Assembly: GCA_966243015.1 (NCBI GenBank)
Contig: CBIMES010000001.1
Location: 298,076-362,075 of the forward strand
Source of the DNA: an uncultured bacterium
Lineage (GTDB): Bacteria > Patescibacteriota > Minisyncoccia > Phycocordibacterales > UBA6065
Direction: 5' to 3'
Length of the DNA: 64,000 bases
The translations under genes and the position numbers were made by a program. How positions within the stretch are numbered: position 1 is the stretch's first letter; every line of letters begins with the position of its first letter. Below the pieces are notes generated by a model. That model saw only the letters and a list, made by a program, of their open reading frames with translations, was not told the origin of the DNA and did no database searches. This document shows, one piece after another, positions 17,247-27,236 of this stretch.

Positions 17247-18611
17247 GTGAATATACTATTTATATCAAAGGATCTCATAGCGGGCAACGTTGCCCGGCTG
17301 CTCGTGCAGGAAGGCCACTCGGTCAAACTCTACATAGAGAACAGAAAGAGCCGACACAACTTCGACAACATGGTACCAAGGGTGACCAACTGGAAGGCGG
17401 AGCTATCCTGGGTTGGGAAGGACGGCCTCATCGTCTTTGACGATGTCGGGTACGGAGCCACCCAGGACAAACTCAGGAAACAGGGCTACACGGTATTCGG
17501 CGGCTCGGAAAAGGGAGAGAGAATAGAGACCGACAGGGAGTACGGCCAAGAGATATTTAGGATGTGCGGGATGAAGACCGTCGAGCTCAAGGACTTCGAG
17601 AATCTCGATGACGCCACCATGTTCGTCAAGGAAAACCCCGGCGAGTGGGTCATAAAAACCGACAATAGCAACGGCAAGTTCTACAGTTACGTGGGAGAGA
17701 TGCCGAATGGAGAGGACGTATTGTCCCTTCTCAGGAACTATCTGCTCCACAGCCCGATGAACAGGGAGCCTGTCACCCTCCACAAGAGAGTTCGCGGCGT
17801 CGAGATCGGCGTGGGCAGGTATTTTAACGGAACGGATTGGGTCGGACCCATCGAGTTTAATGTTGAGCATGTCCGGTTCCTCCCCGGGGATATAGGCCCC
17901 ACCACGAGCGAGATGGGAACGCTCGCATGGTATGACACCGACGAGACCAACAGGCTCTACACGGAGACGCTGGCACGAATAAAGCCCTTCCTCATCGAAT
18001 CAGGGTTCCGCGGGGACTTTGAGATAAACAGCATCGTGAACGAGACGGGAGCCTACCCGCTCGAGGCAACGGCCCGATTCGGCTCACCCATCGTGCACCT
18101 TCACTCAGAACTTCACGAGTCGCCCTGGGGCGAGCTTCTCTACGCGGTCGCGTCGGGAAGGCAGTACGACCTTAAATGGAAAAAAGGGTACGGCCTCGTC
18201 GCGCTTCTCGCCGTACCCCCATTCCCTTTCGCCAAGACCTCAAAGGAACACGACAACTACGGGATCAGGATTCACTTCAACGGCATGACGGATAAGGAGT
18301 TCAAGCATATCCATTTCGAGGAGGCATCGCTCTCGTCATTCGAGAAAGACCAGTACTACATCGCGGACAGGCAGGGGTACGTTCTTTATGTCACCTCATC
18401 CGCCCCATCAGTTAAGGAAGCCCAAGAAAAACTATACTCTCTGGCGAAGAAGGTAATTATTCCGAAGGTAATGTACCGAAACGATATTGGAACCAGGTTC
18501 GTAAATGAGAGCCAGGCTAAACTCAAATCCTGGGGTTATCTCGCCAATGAAGAAACCACAATTGACGTACTACCAGTAAAGGAGAGAGTTAACACGACCT
18601 TCGAAAGATAG
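17247..18611 (+). CDS. Divergent PurD-like ATP-grasp ligase (phosphoribosylamine-glycine ligase family)
   Basis: VFGGS, E.DRE, WVIK, GPTTSEMG, LEATARFGSP and MYRNDIG follow the GAR-synthetase pattern. Confidence 0.8.
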   Translation: MNILFISKDLIAGNVARLLVQEGHSVKLYIENRKSRHNFDNMVPRVTNWKAELSWVGKDGLIVFDDVGYGATQDKLRKQGYTVFGGSEKGERIETDREYGQEIFRMCGMKTVELKDFENLDDATMFVKENPGEWVIKTDNSNGKFYSYVGEMPNGEDVLSLLRNYLLHSPMNREPVTLHKRVRGVEIGVGRYFNGTDWVGPIEFNVEHVRFLPGDIGPTTSEMGTLAWYDTDETNRLYTETLARIKPFLIESGFRGDFEINSIVNETGAYPLEATARFGSPIVHLHSELHESPWGELLYAVASGRQYDLKWKKGYGLVALLAVPPFPFAKTSKEHDNYGIRIHFNGMTDKEFKHIHFEEASLSSFEKDQYYIADRQGYVLYVTSSAPSVKEAQEKLYSLAKKVIIPKVMYRNDIGTRFVNESQAKLKSWGYLANEETTIDVLPVKERVNTTFER

Positions 18612-18642
18612 GCCCTTTTCTGCCCGGCTACCCGATCGACTC

Positions 18643-19110
18643 TCAGACATGCCTCCTCTCCGCCATCTTTATAAATAGCTCTTGCACTCCTTCAGGAAAC
18701 CCGTTTTTATAATCACCCAGGAACAGATCTCTAACCTCAAGCTGATAGAGCTTGAGTCCCGAGAGCTTATCGACACCGATCCACATCGGCTCATAGATCT
18801 GATTTCCCTCCTTGGCCTTCTCGAATTCCTCAGAACCCTCGCGAAGGGTCGGCTCGCCCGACACGTAGTCGCAGAGGTAGAAAAAATTCTCCTCGCCCGT
18901 ATCCCAGGTAATGTGATACACGAGCCTCCCCGCCTTGACCGCAACCGTTGTCTCCTCGTCAATCTCGCGTACGGCAGTCTGGTCCGGAGTCTCACCTTCC
19001 TCCTGCCCGCCTCCGGGAAACACCCAATACTCGTCGCCATTGTTAACACGGCGCATTACGAGAACCTTACCGTCCCTTATGACTATGCCTGCGGATCGAT
19101 TTCTTTTCAT
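18643..19110 (-). CDS. NUDIX hydrolase
   Basis: Nudix box GGQEEGETPDQTAVREIDEET. Confidence 0.92.
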   Translation of the reverse strand: MKRNRSAGIVIRDGKVLVMRRVNNGDEYWVFPGGGQEEGETPDQTAVREIDEETTVAVKAGRLVYHITWDTGEENFFYLCDYVSGEPTLREGSEEFEKAKEGNQIYEPMWIGVDKLSGLKLYQLEVRDLFLGDYKNGFPEGVQELFIKMAERRHV

Positions 19111-19146
19111 GGTTTTGATATGGCAAAACATTTCTTCAGTCACGCA

Positions 19147-19440
19147 TTATAAACCCCTCACCCTCCTCAGCTCCCCAACCACCCTCTCCCACTCCCTCTT
19201 CTTGAGCTTCGCGGCGACGTCCTCCTGCCACTCTCCTATCGGCTGCCTGTACGAGACCTCCCGGGGAATCTGCGCGTCGGCGACGGCGTCCGAAAGCGCC
19301 TCAAACTCGCGGCCACCCGAGACACCCTCCCTCATGAGAAGGTCGGCGATGGCATAGGAGGCCTGCTCCTCGGTCATGGTTCCGAGGTCGACGGCCGAGA
19401 CCCACGCCTCGCAGCGAGAGATGATGTCGCTTTTGGTCAT
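19147..19440 (-). CDS. Hypothetical protein
   Basis: ORF in the track; start set at MTKSD, which has TATGAT 6 nt upstream. Confidence 0.55.
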   Translation of the reverse strand: MTKSDIISRCEAWVSAVDLGTMTEEQASYAIADLLMREGVSGGREFEALSDAVADAQIPREVSYRQPIGEWQEDVAAKLKKREWERVVGELRRVRGL

Positions 19441-19538
19441 GGAGACATCATACCCTAGAGCGTCCTGATTTTCCCCTTCGATTACCTGGACCATATTTTT
19501 ATAAAGATTTTATCCCCTCTTTGCTATACTGGTGCCAC

Positions 19539-20765
19539 ATGATACATCACGGCCAGTGCCCAAACGGTCTTAAAGTTACCATCGTCCCCATGGAAGCGCG
19601 CAGCGTAGGGGTGTGCCTTATCGGAAACGCGGGAGGACTTCAAGCGTCGCCCGGCCTGGCGCACTTTCTTGAGCACACCGTCCTCTGCGCGACGATAAAG
19701 TACCCGGACTTCGTCTCCCTGGCAAATACCGTAGACACTACGGGTGCCTGGCGCAATGCCATGACGAGCCAGGAGGACATGCGCTTTGTCTTCAAATGCC
19801 TACCCGAACACCTCCCCCGAGCTCTCGACTTCCTCGCCGAGGTTGTCGTGAATCCCCTCCTCCTCGAATCTGACGTATCAAAACAGAAGGATATCATCAC
19901 CCAAGAGATCAACGGGGACCGCAATGACCTCATGTCGAGCGCGTTCAAAGCGGCGCTGAATGGCCTCTATGACGGAAAGGGGCCAGGCGTGCCCGTGCTC
20001 GGCACGGAATCTGACGTCAGAGCGCTCTCGAGGGACGATCTCGTCGCCTTTCACCGAAATGCATTCGTGGCGGGCAATTTCCGTCTCGTAATCTGCGGCA
20101 AGGTACGTCCCGAGGACGCCATGCCTGTCATCGAATCAACCCTGGGCCGCATGCCCCAGGGAGAATCATTGGCCCTTTCGCCTTCCGAGGCGTGGATGAG
20201 CGACCTTGGAGTTGCCCGAAGCGTCGAAAGGCGCGAAAGCGCCCGTCAGGCTGTCGTGGCAGTCGCGTGGAAGGCGCCGAACGCAAACGGCAGGCTCGCT
20301 CGGGCAACCTATCTCCTCAAAATTTTGATAGCTGATGGCAGGCTTTCGCGCCTCTGGCAGTCTCTGCGCCAGGAGAATCCGCTGACCTACTCGACGCGCT
20401 GCATGTACAATCGATACCGCAGCTTCGGCTATTTCATCGTCGGAGCGGGCCTCGCTGAAGGCAATATAGACCGAGCGCTAGAAGAGGTTCGTGGAATAAT
20501 GAAAGACCTTTCGGAACGGCTCGTGAGCGACGATGACCTCGAGCGGGCCAAAAACCTTGCGAGAGCATACCTCCTGTTCGAGTCCGATTCACCCTTCGAA
20601 ATGGCGACATACTACGCGTCGAAACTCCTCTACGAAGACTCGTTCGTTAGCCTCGAGGACGAGCTCGAACAGTATCGCCTCGTCACCAAGGAGGACGTTC
20701 GGGAGGCGGCGGCGTACATTATGAGCCAGAACGAGTCCGTCGCCGTCATCACACCGACGAAATAA
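19539..20765 (+). CDS. M16 family zinc peptidase
   Basis: Inverted zinc motif GLAHFLEH, NAMTS, SRLWQSLR and two-domain M16B architecture. Confidence 0.92.
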   Translation: MIHHGQCPNGLKVTIVPMEARSVGVCLIGNAGGLQASPGLAHFLEHTVLCATIKYPDFVSLANTVDTTGAWRNAMTSQEDMRFVFKCLPEHLPRALDFLAEVVVNPLLLESDVSKQKDIITQEINGDRNDLMSSAFKAALNGLYDGKGPGVPVLGTESDVRALSRDDLVAFHRNAFVAGNFRLVICGKVRPEDAMPVIESTLGRMPQGESLALSPSEAWMSDLGVARSVERRESARQAVVAVAWKAPNANGRLARATYLLKILIADGRLSRLWQSLRQENPLTYSTRCMYNRYRSFGYFIVGAGLAEGNIDRALEEVRGIMKDLSERLVSDDDLERAKNLARAYLLFESDSPFEMATYYASKLLYEDSFVSLEDELEQYRLVTKEDVREAAAYIMSQNESVAVITPTK

Positions 20766-20789
20766 CAGACTGTTTTACCGCCAAAGAAA

Positions 20790-20817
20790 AGGCGTGTAAT
20801 CGAGAGATTACACGCCT
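20790..20817. terminator. Terminator hairpin between convergent units
   Basis: AGGCGTGTAATC-GAGA-GATTACACGCCT preceded by an A-tract. Confidence 0.7.
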
Positions 20818-20849
20818 GAATGCGATTGAAGGAAAAGCCGACCCGAAGG

Positions 20850-20960
20850 TCACTTATCGCTTCCACCGCCGCAGTCTCCGTCGCAGGGAGCGCCGCCGGA
20901 ACCGCAGTTCCCGTCGCACTCCTCGTTCTGGAGGGGCTGAATAGTAGACAAGGGATTCAT
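20850..20960 (-). CDS. Small Cys/Gly-rich peptide (36 aa)
   Basis: Manual translation MNPLSTIQPLQNEECDGNCGSGGAPCDGDCGGGSDK*. GAGGA RBS 7 nt upstream and a terminator downstream. Confidence 0.6.
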   Translation of the reverse strand: MNPLSTIQPLQNEECDGNCGSGGAPCDGDCGGGSDK

Positions 20961-21038
20961 GAAGAAGTCCTCGATCAAGGGTTGTGGTCTTACGATGCTG
21001 TGTCCGCTCATCGGGTCGAGCGGAAGACGCCAAAGGAA

Positions 21039-21224
21039 TCAGAGGGGTTCGTCGCGCCAGTCGATGTCCAGGCGATGCGATGTCTCGAAGTTCCAGTCGT
21101 CGCGTGCGGTTACGGGCGCTTCCGCGCCGTTACCGCCCTCAAGGTCTGGCTCCGGCCCCTCTTCCTCGTCCTCTAGGGCGCGCCTCGGATAGACCGGGCG
21201 TCCCGTATGTGATGTCTTTCTCAT
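21039..21224 (-). CDS. Small acidic hypothetical protein (61 aa)
   Basis: Strong GAGGAG RBS before ATG 21224. Confidence 0.55.
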   Translation of the reverse strand: MRKTSHTGRPVYPRRALEDEEEGPEPDLEGGNGAEAPVTARDDWNFETSHRLDIDWRDEPL

Positions 21225-21317
21225 AAGGTGCTCCTCAAAAGTGATACTAGGAGCAACGGGCGAAAACACCTATAAATTAAAAATAAAAACACCTTAAAAC
21301 TTTGCATAAGAAAATAT

Positions 21318-21364
21318 AAAAACTTTCCGCGGCGAGTCATTGCGATTCGCCGCGGAAAGTTTTT
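21318..21364. repeat. 18-bp inverted repeat / long terminator-like hairpin
   Basis: AAAAACTTTCCGCGGCGA ... TCGCCGCGGAAAGTTTTT. Confidence 0.8.
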
Positions 21365-21524
21365 GAATAAAGAACGACACCGCCCCTGGGCGGCTCTGTA
21401 TCAAGTTTAAAAGGGATTGAATTAAGATTTGATAAAGAATAAATAAAGAAACGATAAAGCCCCACCACGGGATGGGGCTTTACGAACCCGGTGGGAGGTG
21501 TCCACAGACACCCTTCCACCGAGT

Positions 21525-22082
21525 CTACCTGTCGAGCGTATTGATGCCCTCGAGATTATCCTTCATCACGAGCCTGAGTGCGGAGATGATTCGGGCCTTG
21601 ACCTCGGCCGACGCCGCGGACTCAAACTTCGCGATCCTGCCGGCAAAGACCCTCGCGTTGCTTTCAAGCGCCGCGTGGTCCTTCGAGGCGAGGAAGCCGT
21701 ACCACGGATACGCAAGCGTAGTGGAGCCCGTTGAAGACACCGTCACCGTCGTGCCGATCGTTCCGGGAATAAACCACAGGTACTTTGCCGGCTCGCGGTA
21801 GGTAAGAGAGACGCTGTCGTCCGTGCCAAGGAAGATGCGCGAGGCGTTCTCGTCCTGTTCGATGATCGAGGCAACATACGCATCGAGATCGGGTGCCGTC
21901 TTAACCCCTCCAAATGCCAAGGTCAGCTCGTCGAGCGGGGCCAACTCAACCGTCTCGGCGGACACCGTAGTGCTTGCTGCGACCGCGGCGGTCGCAGGAA
22001 GGGCCTCTGCCACCTGGGCAGACGCAGGTGCCGCGGACACGAGGAAGGTCATAATAGTGAGAACCGTAAGAGTGTATTTCAT
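21525..22082 (-). CDS. Secreted hypothetical protein
   Basis: Signal peptide MKYTLTVL...PASA/Q; KYLWFIP and YPWYGFL segments. Confidence 0.75.
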   Translation of the reverse strand: MKYTLTVLTIMTFLVSAAPASAQVAEALPATAAVAASTTVSAETVELAPLDELTLAFGGVKTAPDLDAYVASIIEQDENASRIFLGTDDSVSLTYREPAKYLWFIPGTIGTTVTVSSTGSTTLAYPWYGFLASKDHAALESNARVFAGRIAKFESAASAEVKARIISALRLVMKDNLEGINTLDR

Positions 22083-22105
22083 GATGTGTGATTGATAAGC
22101 CTCAA

Positions 22106-24325
22106 TTATTCCTCGTTATAAACAGGCGTGACACCCCTCTGGTTTACGCGCAGCACGAGTATGTCTGCCGGGAGAACGCCGCTTGGGTCAGTTCCTCTCA
22201 GGGTAATGTAATAATTCTGGCACGAACCCATTCCACAAGCACCCCGAATCTGCTCTGAAATGCTGAAGGCGAACGAGACCGATGAGCCCGTCACCGGGAC
22301 CGAAGGAGCCGCGGAGAACGATCCGCCGCCCAGGGAGAATGTCATGACCGTGCTCGTAGGAAGCGCCGGCGCGATTGATTGGACGCTGATGTTAACAGGG
22401 CCGGTGAATGAGCCCGTTCTGTTAATGGGTATATTGATCTGCTCGGACACGGCAGATCCCCGAGAGAAAGCCGTGACGCTCACATCTCGATCCGCGCCGA
22501 GAGTGAATCCGTCAGGATTAGGGCACGACGGAGGGCAGCCTGCCTCTGGCGGGGCGACAGCGTCGGTTACCGTTACAAAGGCCTGGGCCGACGAAAAGCC
22601 GACACCGTTAGAGCAGCTCACGGAATAATACTTGGTACCCGTGGTCGTCGGCGTCACGGAACGCGATCCAGAGCCCGTGCTCGAACCACTCCAGCTACCC
22701 GCGCCCGCAGATGCCGTTGACGCAGAGCAGACGGCATTCAAATCGTTGGTTGTCCACGTAAGGGTCGATGAATTGCCCAGGGTTACGCTTGTAGGCGATG
22801 CGGACAGCGAAACCGTCGGAACAGGCGAACACGTAGGGAAATCCACGGCACCATTTCCACACTGGTTAACCCCCACGACGGCGCTCGCCCTCACCCAGTC
22901 TACTGAATTCCAGCACTCCATCTCGTAAGTCTTGATGCCCGATGTCGTCGGAGTCACGCTCTGGCTTCCGTTGACGATTTTATTTCCGTTCCAAGATCCA
23001 GATCCTGATGAGATAGGAGGGAGCGCCATGCAGCTTACGCCCGATCCCGTAGTCGTCCACGTGAGAGTTGTGGGCGAACCGAGATAGATGTTCTGCGGAG
23101 AAGCCGTAATGGTAAGCGTAGGGCCCTCGGTAGGCAGATCCTCGGTACACGTTGGGTAGTCTGACGCGCCATTGGCACAGGTTTCGGGACCCCAGAACTG
23201 TATGAGAACAGCACCGGGACCCCCGATGCTCGTAGGAGACTGGAAAGGCTTCGCTACGCCCTCTGCCTGGAAGGAAGTCCAGGCGCCATTAATATTGAGC
23301 TGCGCGGAGTAATCAGAATCACCGTTTCGGGAAAGGTACTCATAGTCAGCGTTCAGGAAAGGAACCTCGACAAACGAGCTTCCTCCTCCGCCACCGTTGC
23401 CCATGGTATCGCCGGTCACGACCGATCCGCCCGAACCGCCCTTGTGACCACCGCCACCACCGCCGCCGCCTCCCTTTCGCCCAGAAGTCGGGGTGCTTCC
23501 ACCTCCGCCGCCTCCGCCGTTAAAACCTCCGGAACCGCTTGAGTACGTAGGCGTGAGAGAGCCGTTGGTGTTTCCGGTTCCATAACCACCCTGCTCGTAG
23601 ACGCCGGTCTGCGTTGCCGTACAAGAAGAGCCTATCGGACCGAACGAGTTAATGCAGCCTGAGAACGCGAAAGTGTCGACGCCCCCGGCGCCGCCGCCGC
23701 TTCCGCCACCGTTGCCACCATTTGGAGTTCCTCCGGCGCCGCCGCCGTTACCGCCATAAGGACTGTCTTCCTGTGCGTCGACACCCTCACCACCCCCTCC
23801 ACCCGCCCAGACAGCGCCGCCGCTCGAGAGAGTGACCTTGCTAAATCCGCCTCCTCCGGCCGCAGGGTCAGAGAATCGAGTCTGTCCGCCCCCATAACCT
23901 CCCCCACCCACGACAGCGGAAACACCAACCCCTGGTGATACAGGAAAAGTCGCCCTGACGAGGGCGCCTGAACCTCCTGAGTTTGAGTTTCCCACGGAGC
24001 CTCCGGCTGCGCCCCAAGCCTTTATAGTGACAGAGTTCGCGCCCTGTGGAGTGGCCGTATACCCCGTGGCCGCCGTAAGGCCATACACGAGCGCAAACTC
24101 TTGGATAAGACATACGGGGCCGAAAAGAAGGCCGCCGTCCTTACACATGCCAGACCTCCCCGTATCCACCATGCCAGTGCCAAATGGGCCACTCGGAATA
24201 AGAGGGCCCGAGAACCCTCCCGGACTGCTCGGAACGACAAACTGCGCGCTCGTCGACAGCGGATAAAGATATGGACTCACCACGAACGCAAGGACGAGCG
24301 CAATCGATGTCAATTTTTTAGTCAT
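22106..24325 (-). CDS. Secreted glycine-rich surface protein with Ig/PKD-like repeats
   Basis: Signal peptide; Gly-rich domain starting IKAWGAAGG; two C.NGA.D.PTC motifs, each followed by a PT..ASP..LG..TLTWTT beta-sandwich repeat. Confidence 0.85.
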   Translation of the reverse strand: MTKKLTSIALVLAFVVSPYLYPLSTSAQFVVPSSPGGFSGPLIPSGPFGTGMVDTGRSGMCKDGGLLFGPVCLIQEFALVYGLTAATGYTATPQGANSVTIKAWGAAGGSVGNSNSGGSGALVRATFPVSPGVGVSAVVGGGGYGGGQTRFSDPAAGGGGFSKVTLSSGGAVWAGGGGGEGVDAQEDSPYGGNGGGAGGTPNGGNGGGSGGGAGGVDTFAFSGCINSFGPIGSSCTATQTGVYEQGGYGTGNTNGSLTPTYSSGSGGFNGGGGGGGSTPTSGRKGGGGGGGGGHKGGSGGSVVTGDTMGNGGGGGSSFVEVPFLNADYEYLSRNGDSDYSAQLNINGAWTSFQAEGVAKPFQSPTSIGGPGAVLIQFWGPETCANGASDYPTCTEDLPTEGPTLTITASPQNIYLGSPTTLTWTTTGSGVSCMALPPISSGSGSWNGNKIVNGSQSVTPTTSGIKTYEMECWNSVDWVRASAVVGVNQCGNGAVDFPTCSPVPTVSLSASPTSVTLGNSSTLTWTTNDLNAVCSASTASAGAGSWSGSSTGSGSRSVTPTTTGTKYYSVSCSNGVGFSSAQAFVTVTDAVAPPEAGCPPSCPNPDGFTLGADRDVSVTAFSRGSAVSEQINIPINRTGSFTGPVNISVQSIAPALPTSTVMTFSLGGGSFSAAPSVPVTGSSVSFAFSISEQIRGACGMGSCQNYYITLRGTDPSGVLPADILVLRVNQRGVTPVYNEE

Positions 24326-24418
24326 GGGAATATTATAGCAAGGCACGAGAAGATGCGAAGGGCCCAATGCACAAGAAAAAGGAGCCTCGTCAGGGCCCCT
24401 TGAAATATTTAACGACGT

Positions 24419-26218
24419 CTAGCACGCAGCAATCTCGTGCTCCACGAGACCACGATACACCTCACAACGTCCAAGAAGCTCGTCATGAGTTCCCGTATCG
24501 ACAATCCTGCCCTTGTCGAACACGGCTATCTTGTCGGCGTTGCGAATGGTCGAGAGTCGGTGGGCAATGATGATGCCCGTCCTCCCCTCGAGTGCCTTCC
24601 GAATCGCCGCATGCACATGTTTTTCGTTTGCAGGATCAAGGGCGTTGGTTGCCTCGTCGAGAATGAGCAGGCTCGGGTTCTTGATAATCGCGCGGGCAAT
24701 TGCCACCCGTTGCCTCTGGCCTCCCGATAACTTGATCCCCGCCTCGCCTATAAGGGTGTCAAACCCGTCAGGCTCAAGGCGTGGACGAAACTCGTCTATG
24801 CGGGCGATTTTCGCCACACGCTCGAGCTCCTCGTCACTCACCACGACATCGGGATTTAACCCGTAGGTGATGTTGTAGCGAAGCGTCCCATCCCAGAGCT
24901 GGGGTTCCTGGTGAACGATGCCTATCTTGCCCCTCCAATGGTCGGGATCGAGTTCGGTCAACCGATGACCACCGACGACTATCTCCCCTGAATCAGGGTC
25001 ATAGGCACGTTGGAGAAGGTTGACAAGTGTCGATTTTCCAGACCCAGATGCCCCCACAAGAGCGACCACCGAACCTTTGGGGACGGTGAGACTCACATTG
25101 TGAAGCGCCGCAGGCTTTTCAACCCGCTCCTTGGCAGAAACATCGTCAGACCTGACACTTTCGCCCAGATCGGGATAGACGAAGGAAACCCCTCGAATCT
25201 CTATACCAGACCCAAGCGATTCAATGCGAATCGGATTAGAGGGGCTGACGATGGCCGGAGGTATGTCCAAAAGGTCGAAATATCGACCTACTAGATTGAA
25301 GTTCCGTATCAGCCTCCTCTGAATCGAGCCAATGTAGTTGAGTGCTCCGAAGGCGATTCCGCACCAGCCGATGACAATCACCAACGTTCCGAGAGGCATT
25401 TTTTCGTGCATAACAAGCCATGCGGCCGTGCCGTATGCGCCAATCTGCCCCACGAAAGCGAACTGCTCCCGGAAGCAAATCGATCTGAACACGTAGCCCG
25501 TCCATATCGCCTTTCCTTCCAGTCCGTATTCGGCATATTTGCCATCGAACTCGGTCTGGGCTCTTCGTTGCTGCCCGCTTGATATAACGAGCCTGAGGTT
25601 TTTGATGACCTCCCAGTAGGCAGTGCTGATCTTTGCCTCCTTCTTGCGATTTTCCTTGACCGACGGCATGAGCCTGTTTGTCATGAGTATGCTCACGAAT
25701 ACGAAGGACGAGATGCACGCCAGGACAATGAGACCGACCTGCCAACTCACGAAGAAAAGCGCCCCAACGGTCGTAACCATGCGAACGAGCGACGGGACCA
25801 GTTCCATAAACACCGTCTGCATGAGTTCGGATATCGCGGCCTCTCCCTTTTTGAGCGTCTCCTGCTTGAAGCCGGAGTTCTCGTTCGTGACCTGGCCCAG
25901 GGAGAACCTTGTTATCCTGTCGAGGGTCACGGTCGACATGTGGCCGTCAAGATCGAATATAATCTCGTTTATGTGAAGCCTCGCCATAAGCCACTGAAGC
26001 AACTGCCCGATGAACACGAACAGCCCGACGTAGCAGAGGTTATGCCACACCGACGAAGCGTCTTTCACGGACACGCTCTCGACGAACTTACCCGTCCAGA
26101 ATGTAGCGCCGAGAAGCGTTACCTGAACGCAGATGACGAGGAACGAAAGGAATGCGAAGGGCCTGATGAAAGGCCCACACATCTTTCGGAGCTGACTGAG
26201 TCTGTTTCTTAATTTCAC
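24419..26218 (-). CDS. ABC exporter, fused permease/ATPase (MsbA-like)
   Basis: Walker A GASGSGKS, signature LSGGQ, Walker B ILDEA and IAHRLST. AAGGAG upstream. Confidence 0.95.
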   Translation of the reverse strand: MKLRNRLSQLRKMCGPFIRPFAFLSFLVICVQVTLLGATFWTGKFVESVSVKDASSVWHNLCYVGLFVFIGQLLQWLMARLHINEIIFDLDGHMSTVTLDRITRFSLGQVTNENSGFKQETLKKGEAAISELMQTVFMELVPSLVRMVTTVGALFFVSWQVGLIVLACISSFVFVSILMTNRLMPSVKENRKKEAKISTAYWEVIKNLRLVISSGQQRRAQTEFDGKYAEYGLEGKAIWTGYVFRSICFREQFAFVGQIGAYGTAAWLVMHEKMPLGTLVIVIGWCGIAFGALNYIGSIQRRLIRNFNLVGRYFDLLDIPPAIVSPSNPIRIESLGSGIEIRGVSFVYPDLGESVRSDDVSAKERVEKPAALHNVSLTVPKGSVVALVGASGSGKSTLVNLLQRAYDPDSGEIVVGGHRLTELDPDHWRGKIGIVHQEPQLWDGTLRYNITYGLNPDVVVSDEELERVAKIARIDEFRPRLEPDGFDTLIGEAGIKLSGGQRQRVAIARAIIKNPSLLILDEATNALDPANEKHVHAAIRKALEGRTGIIIAHRLSTIRNADKIAVFDKGRIVDTGTHDELLGRCEVYRGLVEHEIAAC

Positions 26219-26342
26219 CTTGTTACTCCTTGTGTGTTGTTTGATTTGTGTATGTGGTTGTGTGAAAGATCAAAAAAATCTGGCGTGTGTTTGCCAGATT
26301 CTTTTGTTATTATAACACAAATAATCAATGTGTCTACTGTGC

Positions 26343-27236
26343 CTAGGCGCCCTGCTCCTTGAGCGCTTCGACCGCCTTTTTCATATCCTTCGAAAGCCTC
26401 TTCGGCATAACGATGTTCACGACGACGAGAATGTCGCCGCGATGCCCGTCCCTTCCGCGCGAGGTCGTCGGCACTCCCTTGCCCTTCACACGCAGAACCT
26501 CGCCAAAGGCGATGCCCTCGGGAATCTTTATCTCGATCTCACCGTCGAGCGTCTTGAGCGCGTATTTGGCGCCCAAGAGAGCGTCAGAAAGCTTCACGTC
26601 GAGGCGAGCCACGAGATTGTGGCCCTCCTTGCGAAGAACGGGATGAGGCTTCACATGGACGCGGATATACAAATCGCCCGGCACGCCACCCTCGATTGGC
26701 TCGCCCGCCCCCGCAAGCTTCACCATCTCGCCGTTCTCGAGGCCACCCGGAATCTTGACCTTGAGGCCTTTGCGGACGCTCACCTCGCGCTCAACGCCGA
26801 AAATCGCCTCCTCGAACGCGAGCTCAACATCCACCTGGATGTTCCTGCCGCGCTTCTGGCGAGGTCGGCCGCCGCCGAAGATGCCGCCGAACAAATCATT
26901 GAGATCGAACTCGATATTGCCGTTCTGTCCAAAGCCGCCGAAGCCGCCCTGCTGGAAGCCCGAGAAGTCGAACCCGAAGTCGTTCGGGTTGAAGCCTTGC
27001 CCTCCGAAGCCCGACCCGCCCATATTCGCGCCCGCGTGGCCGAATTGGTCGTACTGGGCGCGCTTCTTGTCGTCAGAAAGCACGGAGTACGCCTCGTTCG
27101 CCTCTTTGAACTTGTCCGCGTTGCCGCCCTGCTTGTCGGGATGATGCGCGTGAGCCATCTTTCGGAACGCCTTCTTTATCTCGTCCTGCGACGCGTCCTT
27201 CTTTACACCGAGTATTTCGTAATAGTCTTTTTTCAT
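26343..27236 (-). CDS. dnaJ: DnaJ chaperone (no zinc finger)
   Basis: J-domain with HPD, G/F-rich region and C-terminal domain; downstream of dnaK. Confidence 0.93.
   Translation of the reverse strand: MKKDYYEILGVKKDASQDEIKKAFRKMAHAHHPDKQGGNADKFKEANEAYSVLSDDKKRAQYDQFGHAGANMGGSGFGGQGFNPNDFGFDFSGFQQGGFGGFGQNGNIEFDLNDLFGGIFGGGRPRQKRGRNIQVDVELAFEEAIFGVEREVSVRKGLKVKIPGGLENGEMVKLAGAGEPIEGGVPGDLYIRVHVKPHPVLRKEGHNLVARLDVKLSDALLGAKYALKTLDGEIEIKIPEGIAFGEVLRVKGKGVPTTSRGRDGHRGDILVVVNIVMPKRLSKDMKKAVEALKEQGA

Noticed and set aside
23380-23830. GGC/CCG-rich low-complexity tract as a DNA tandem repeat
   Set aside because: Explained by poly-glycine coding in the surface protein.
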